A program made the position numbers and the translations under genes. From a virus (lineage: Duplodnaviria > Caudoviricetes), in the IMG/VR virus record IMGVR_UViG_3300027644_000039, positions 1 through 29,683 of that record: a stretch of 29,683 bases of DNA, one strand, 5' to 3'. Positions 27,039 through 29,683 of the stretch are shown here, one piece after another; positions within the stretch are counted from its first letter, which is position 1, and each line of letters opens with the position of its first letter. Below the pieces are notes generated by a model. The model was not told the DNA's origin. It made no database searches and worked only from the letters and a program-made list of their open reading frames with translations.

Positions 27039-27373
27039 GTTTTCTTTGCTAAACGCTTCCGTTCATTTCGATGGACGGAGGCTATAGCTTGTACAACTTG
27101 AGTTGCACGATCTAAGTTGTCTACTGTTCTATAAATTGCCTCAACAATATCGTAAGCTGCATGTATAGCTTTACGATCTGTATCAACATCCTCAAGAGTT
27201 ATTGATTTTGTCTTCTTAGGTTTTTCAGCATCTTCTGCTTTGATAGCTCCTGCTACAGGTCCTGTTGGCTTAGAAATTGCCTGTGCCAGAGGCGATGTCT
27301 TATTAATGGGAGGTGCAACCGGTACACCAGGCATTGAATAAGCTTCATATATAAGGTGACAGTCCTTAAGCAT
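27035..27373 (-). CDS. Hypothetical protein, putative head-internal protein
   Basis: TAAATA-N5-ATG; N-terminal KD.HLIYEAY, Pro-rich linker, helical C-terminus. Confidence 0.65.
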   Translation of the reverse strand: MLKDCHLIYEAYSMPGVPVAPPINKTSPLAQAISKPTGPVAGAIKAEDAEKPKKTKSITLEDVDTDRKAIHAAYDIVEAIYRTVDNLDRATQVVQAIASVHRNERKRLAKKT

Positions 27374-27402
27374 ATGAATATTTATGGATCTATACTACTA
27401 TA

Positions 27403-27597
27403 TTACCAATGATGTATAGCGTTTGCTATAATAAAACCACACGTAATAAAGTTAACTAAAACAATTAGTGTACGAATCAAGAGACTAATGTTAGCATCTC
27501 GTACCCTGAGTGTGGGTACATCCGGCTTACAATCATCGGTTAAGCCTACTCGATGATCTACCGCTCGAGACCAAATAAGCCAAAGTTTAGTAAGCAT
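27403..27597 (-). CDS. Small membrane protein
   Basis: C-terminal hydrophobic helix LLIRTLIVLVNFITCGFIIANAIHHW. Confidence 0.65.
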   Translation of the reverse strand: MLTKLWLIWSRAVDHRVGLTDDCKPDVPTLRVRDANISLLIRTLIVLVNFITCGFIIANAIHHW

Positions 27598-27734
27598 TAG
27601 TATTTCCTACGCTTGGTACCTTTATCAGAGCGCTGAGCCCTAGCCTTCTTTATACCACAAGCATTACGCAAATACTTTGCATAGCTCTTATTTGCACTGT
27701 TACCGTAATATCCAATAATTTTACTTGTTGCCAT
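27597..27734 (-). CDS. 45-aa highly basic peptide (not in ORF track)
   Basis: MATSKIIGYYGNSANKSYAKYLRNACGIKKARAQRSDKGTKRRKY; TTGAAA-N16-TATCAT-N7-ATG upstream; TAATG overlap downstream. Confidence 0.6.
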   Translation of the reverse strand: MATSKIIGYYGNSANKSYAKYLRNACGIKKARAQRSDKGTKRRKY

Positions 27735-27758
27735 ATCCTTTATGATAAAGGAATAATA

Positions 27759-27917
27759 TTATTTTTCAAATGATTTTTTAACAATTAACTCTTGTTGTCT
27801 CTTGAGTACTTGTTGCACATATTGACATTGAACCTGACCGCCCAGCTTTTCTATAACTGCTTCACATTCTTTAAGGGAAAGTTGATTAACTTTCTTTTTC
27901 TTTGCTTTTTTGGACAT
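27759..27917 (-). CDS. Small basic hypothetical protein
   Basis: ATG 27917 (MSKKAKKKK) is 5 nt after TAAATA; the track start of 27941 is probably too far upstream. Confidence 0.6.
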   Translation of the reverse strand: MSKKAKKKKVNQLSLKECEAVIEKLGGQVQCQYVQQVLKRQQELIVKKSFEK

Positions 27918-27922
27918 ATGAT

Positions 27923-27948
27923 TATTTAGTCTTTTAATCACATAAATA
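27923..27948. promoter_or_regulatory. Divergent pair of late-type promoters
   Basis: TATTTA 27923-27928 and TAAATA 27943-27948, each 5 nt from an ATG. Confidence 0.7.
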
Positions 27949-27953
27949 CTAAT

Positions 27954-28508
27954 ATGGCCGATGTAGCTATATCTGAATTAACGCCTCGTAATCCTACGAG
28001 CTCTGCAGTTTTGCCATATTATGAAAGCGGTGAAACATATAGGGCGACATTAACACAGATACGTCAAATAGCTGCTGCACCGCAGGGGTTAATATTAATA
28101 TGGTCGGGATCTATAGCCAGTATACCCACGGGATGGAATTTGTGTGATGGGAGCACAGTGGCTGGGTATGGCGTGGTGCCAGATTTAAGAGACAGATTCA
28201 TAGTGGGCAGTGGGTCCACATATGCACTAAACTCAACTGGAGGAAGTAAAGATTCAATTGTAGTAGCACACACACATACCGGTACAGCAGCTGCACACAC
28301 ACATTCTGCAAATGTGTCTGTTGTAGTTGGTAATCATAGTTATAGGTCTTGTACTACCTCTTGTAAGAGTGTAACAAATTATGGAGGGTCAACAACAGGT
28401 AGCACTGATGCTGCAGCACCTGCACTTACAATTGATGCACAAGGCAGTGCAGGTACTAATGCCAATCTACCTCCCTACCTGGCTCTGGCATTCATAATAA
28501 AGGTATAA
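27954..28508 (+). CDS. Short tail fibre / tail-collar domain protein, paralog 1
   Basis: G.ILIWSG...IPTGWNLCDG...PDLRDRFIVG, HTH..HTH, NLPPY.ALAFIIK. Confidence 0.85.
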   Translation: MADVAISELTPRNPTSSAVLPYYESGETYRATLTQIRQIAAAPQGLILIWSGSIASIPTGWNLCDGSTVAGYGVVPDLRDRFIVGSGSTYALNSTGGSKDSIVVAHTHTGTAAAHTHSANVSVVVGNHSYRSCTTSCKSVTNYGGSTTGSTDAAAPALTIDAQGSAGTNANLPPYLALAFIIKV

Positions 28509-28509
28509 T

Positions 28510-29067
28510 ATGGCAGACGTAACAATAGATCAATTAACACCTCGACAACCCACAGCAGCTGCTATTCTTCCTTTCATGAATTCCGGTGTTACAGATGCAA
28601 ATAATGCTACTAGCAGCCAGGCAAGTTCTGTTGCATTTCCAGTTGGCTTTATAGGCATGTGGTCAGGTAGTACTGTTCCGGCCGGTTGGTATATTTGTGA
28701 TGGTACCAACGGTACTCCAGACTTAAGAAACCAATTCATAATTGGTTCCTCGCAAGACAATGCAGGACAAAGTGTAACTACTGTTACAGGAAGCAATACA
28801 AAAACAGGTGGTGCTGCTGATGCTGTCAACGTTAGCCACACACACACAGCATCCATGCCTCATGTGCACTCTGGACAAGTCACAAGCGTGTCTGTTGCAA
28901 CATTCAGCGTATCGAATGGTAGTGTGGCAGGACCAATCTATTCTGGCATGAATGCAGGATCAACTGGTTCAGCTGCACCTGCTGTGACGATTAACTCACA
29001 AGGTTCTTCTGGTGCAAATGCAAACCTTCCACCCTACTATGCCCTGGCATACATAATGAAAGCATAA
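28510..29067 (+). CDS. Short tail fibre / tail-collar domain protein, paralog 2
   Basis: GFIGMWSG..VPAGWYICDGTNGTPDLR, HTH..HVH, NLPPYYALAYIMK. Confidence 0.85.
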   Translation: MADVTIDQLTPRQPTAAAILPFMNSGVTDANNATSSQASSVAFPVGFIGMWSGSTVPAGWYICDGTNGTPDLRNQFIIGSSQDNAGQSVTTVTGSNTKTGGAADAVNVSHTHTASMPHVHSGQVTSVSVATFSVSNGSVAGPIYSGMNAGSTGSAAPAVTINSQGSSGANANLPPYYALAYIMKA

Positions 29068-29069
29068 AC

Positions 29070-29615
29070 ATGGCTGACCAAACAATAGATCAATTAGCAA
29101 ATGCAGTACCTGTTGCTGCTTCACTTGTACCATATTCAGAAAGCGGTACAACATACTGCGCAACAATGACGCAGATTGTGGGCGGTACACCTGCAGGTAT
29201 CATAGGCATATGGAGCGGTACTGTTGCCTCCATACCTGCTGGATGGGCTCTATGTGATGGTCAAGCAGGTCGACCAGATCTAAGAAATAAATTCGTTATA
29301 GGTGCAGGTAATTCCTATGCAGTTAATGGTAGCGGCGGTAGTAAGGACGCTATTGTGGTTAATCATACTCACACTGGTAGTGTTGAATCACATACACACA
29401 CCGGTGTGTTAAAAACTGTATATAGTGCTTCTGTAGGTAATTTAAATCGTACTAACTCTGTTCCAGCTGATCCACATCCTTACCCTACGGGTAATACTTT
29501 AGGCAATACTGGTGCAGCTACGCCTGTAACTTTGACTGTAGCTGCAGCTGGTTCATCTGGTACCAATGCTAACTTACCGCCTTTTTATGCCTTGTGTTAT
29601 ATTCAGAAGTCATGA
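29070..29615 (+). CDS. Short tail fibre / tail-collar domain protein, paralog 3
   Basis: GIIGIWSG...IPAGWALCDG...PDLRNKFVIG, HTH..HTH, NLPPFYALCYIQK. Confidence 0.85.
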   Translation: MADQTIDQLANAVPVAASLVPYSESGTTYCATMTQIVGGTPAGIIGIWSGTVASIPAGWALCDGQAGRPDLRNKFVIGAGNSYAVNGSGGSKDAIVVNHTHTGSVESHTHTGVLKTVYSASVGNLNRTNSVPADPHPYPTGNTLGNTGAATPVTLTVAAAGSSGTNANLPPFYALCYIQKS

Positions 29616-29666
29616 TATACTAACGAGCGAAGCGATTCGGCACAGCCCAAAACATAAATAAACAAT

Positions 29667-29683
29667 ATGGCCGATGTAACAAT
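29667..29683 (+). CDS. Start of a probable fourth paralog, truncated by window edge
   Basis: TAAATA-N6-ATG GCC GAT GTA ACA AT = MADVT(I), matching the paralog 2 start. Confidence 0.55.

Noticed and set aside
23087-29615. Diversity-generating retroelement, suggested by the Mtd_N-like domain and variable paralogs
   Set aside because: No reverse transcriptase and no template/variable repeat pair differing at adenines in the window.
29621-29640. GCGAAGC mini-hairpin in the intergenic spacer
   Set aside because: A single 7-mer; another copy occurs inside nrdA coding sequence, so chance cannot be excluded.
1-29683. Stop-codon reassignment, tRNA genes, integrase or transposase
   Set aside because: Genes are intact and densely packed in the standard code; no cloverleaf or mobile-element gene was recognised.

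Overview
An AT-rich segment of a large T4-like (myovirus) phage genome. It carries a rearranged head/neck module (gp15, gp20 portal, gp13, gp4, gp21 protease, gp22 scaffold, gp23 capsid), a gp5-like spike, class Ia ribonucleotide reductase, two predicted muralytic proteins, a tail fibre and a tandem array of tail-collar paralogs. The most notable element is a tightly coupled minus-strand operon (10507-14842): a TGT/DpdA-like transglycosylase, a PurN-like formyltransferase, GMP reductase, a DUF1599-type protein, a small coiled-coil protein, a P-loop kinase and QueF. It looks like a nucleotide-pool pathway for replacing guanine with formyl-preQ1. Reading the intergenic DNA shows that most transcription units appear leaderless: TAAATA-N5/6-start (late type) or TTGnnn-N16/17-TAnnnT-N6/7-ATG (sigma70 type). 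There is also a candidate late-promoter-driven structured G-rich small RNA at about 18005-18090, and several proteins carry putative capsid-targeting leaders. All family calls come from motif recognition by eye; no searches were run.
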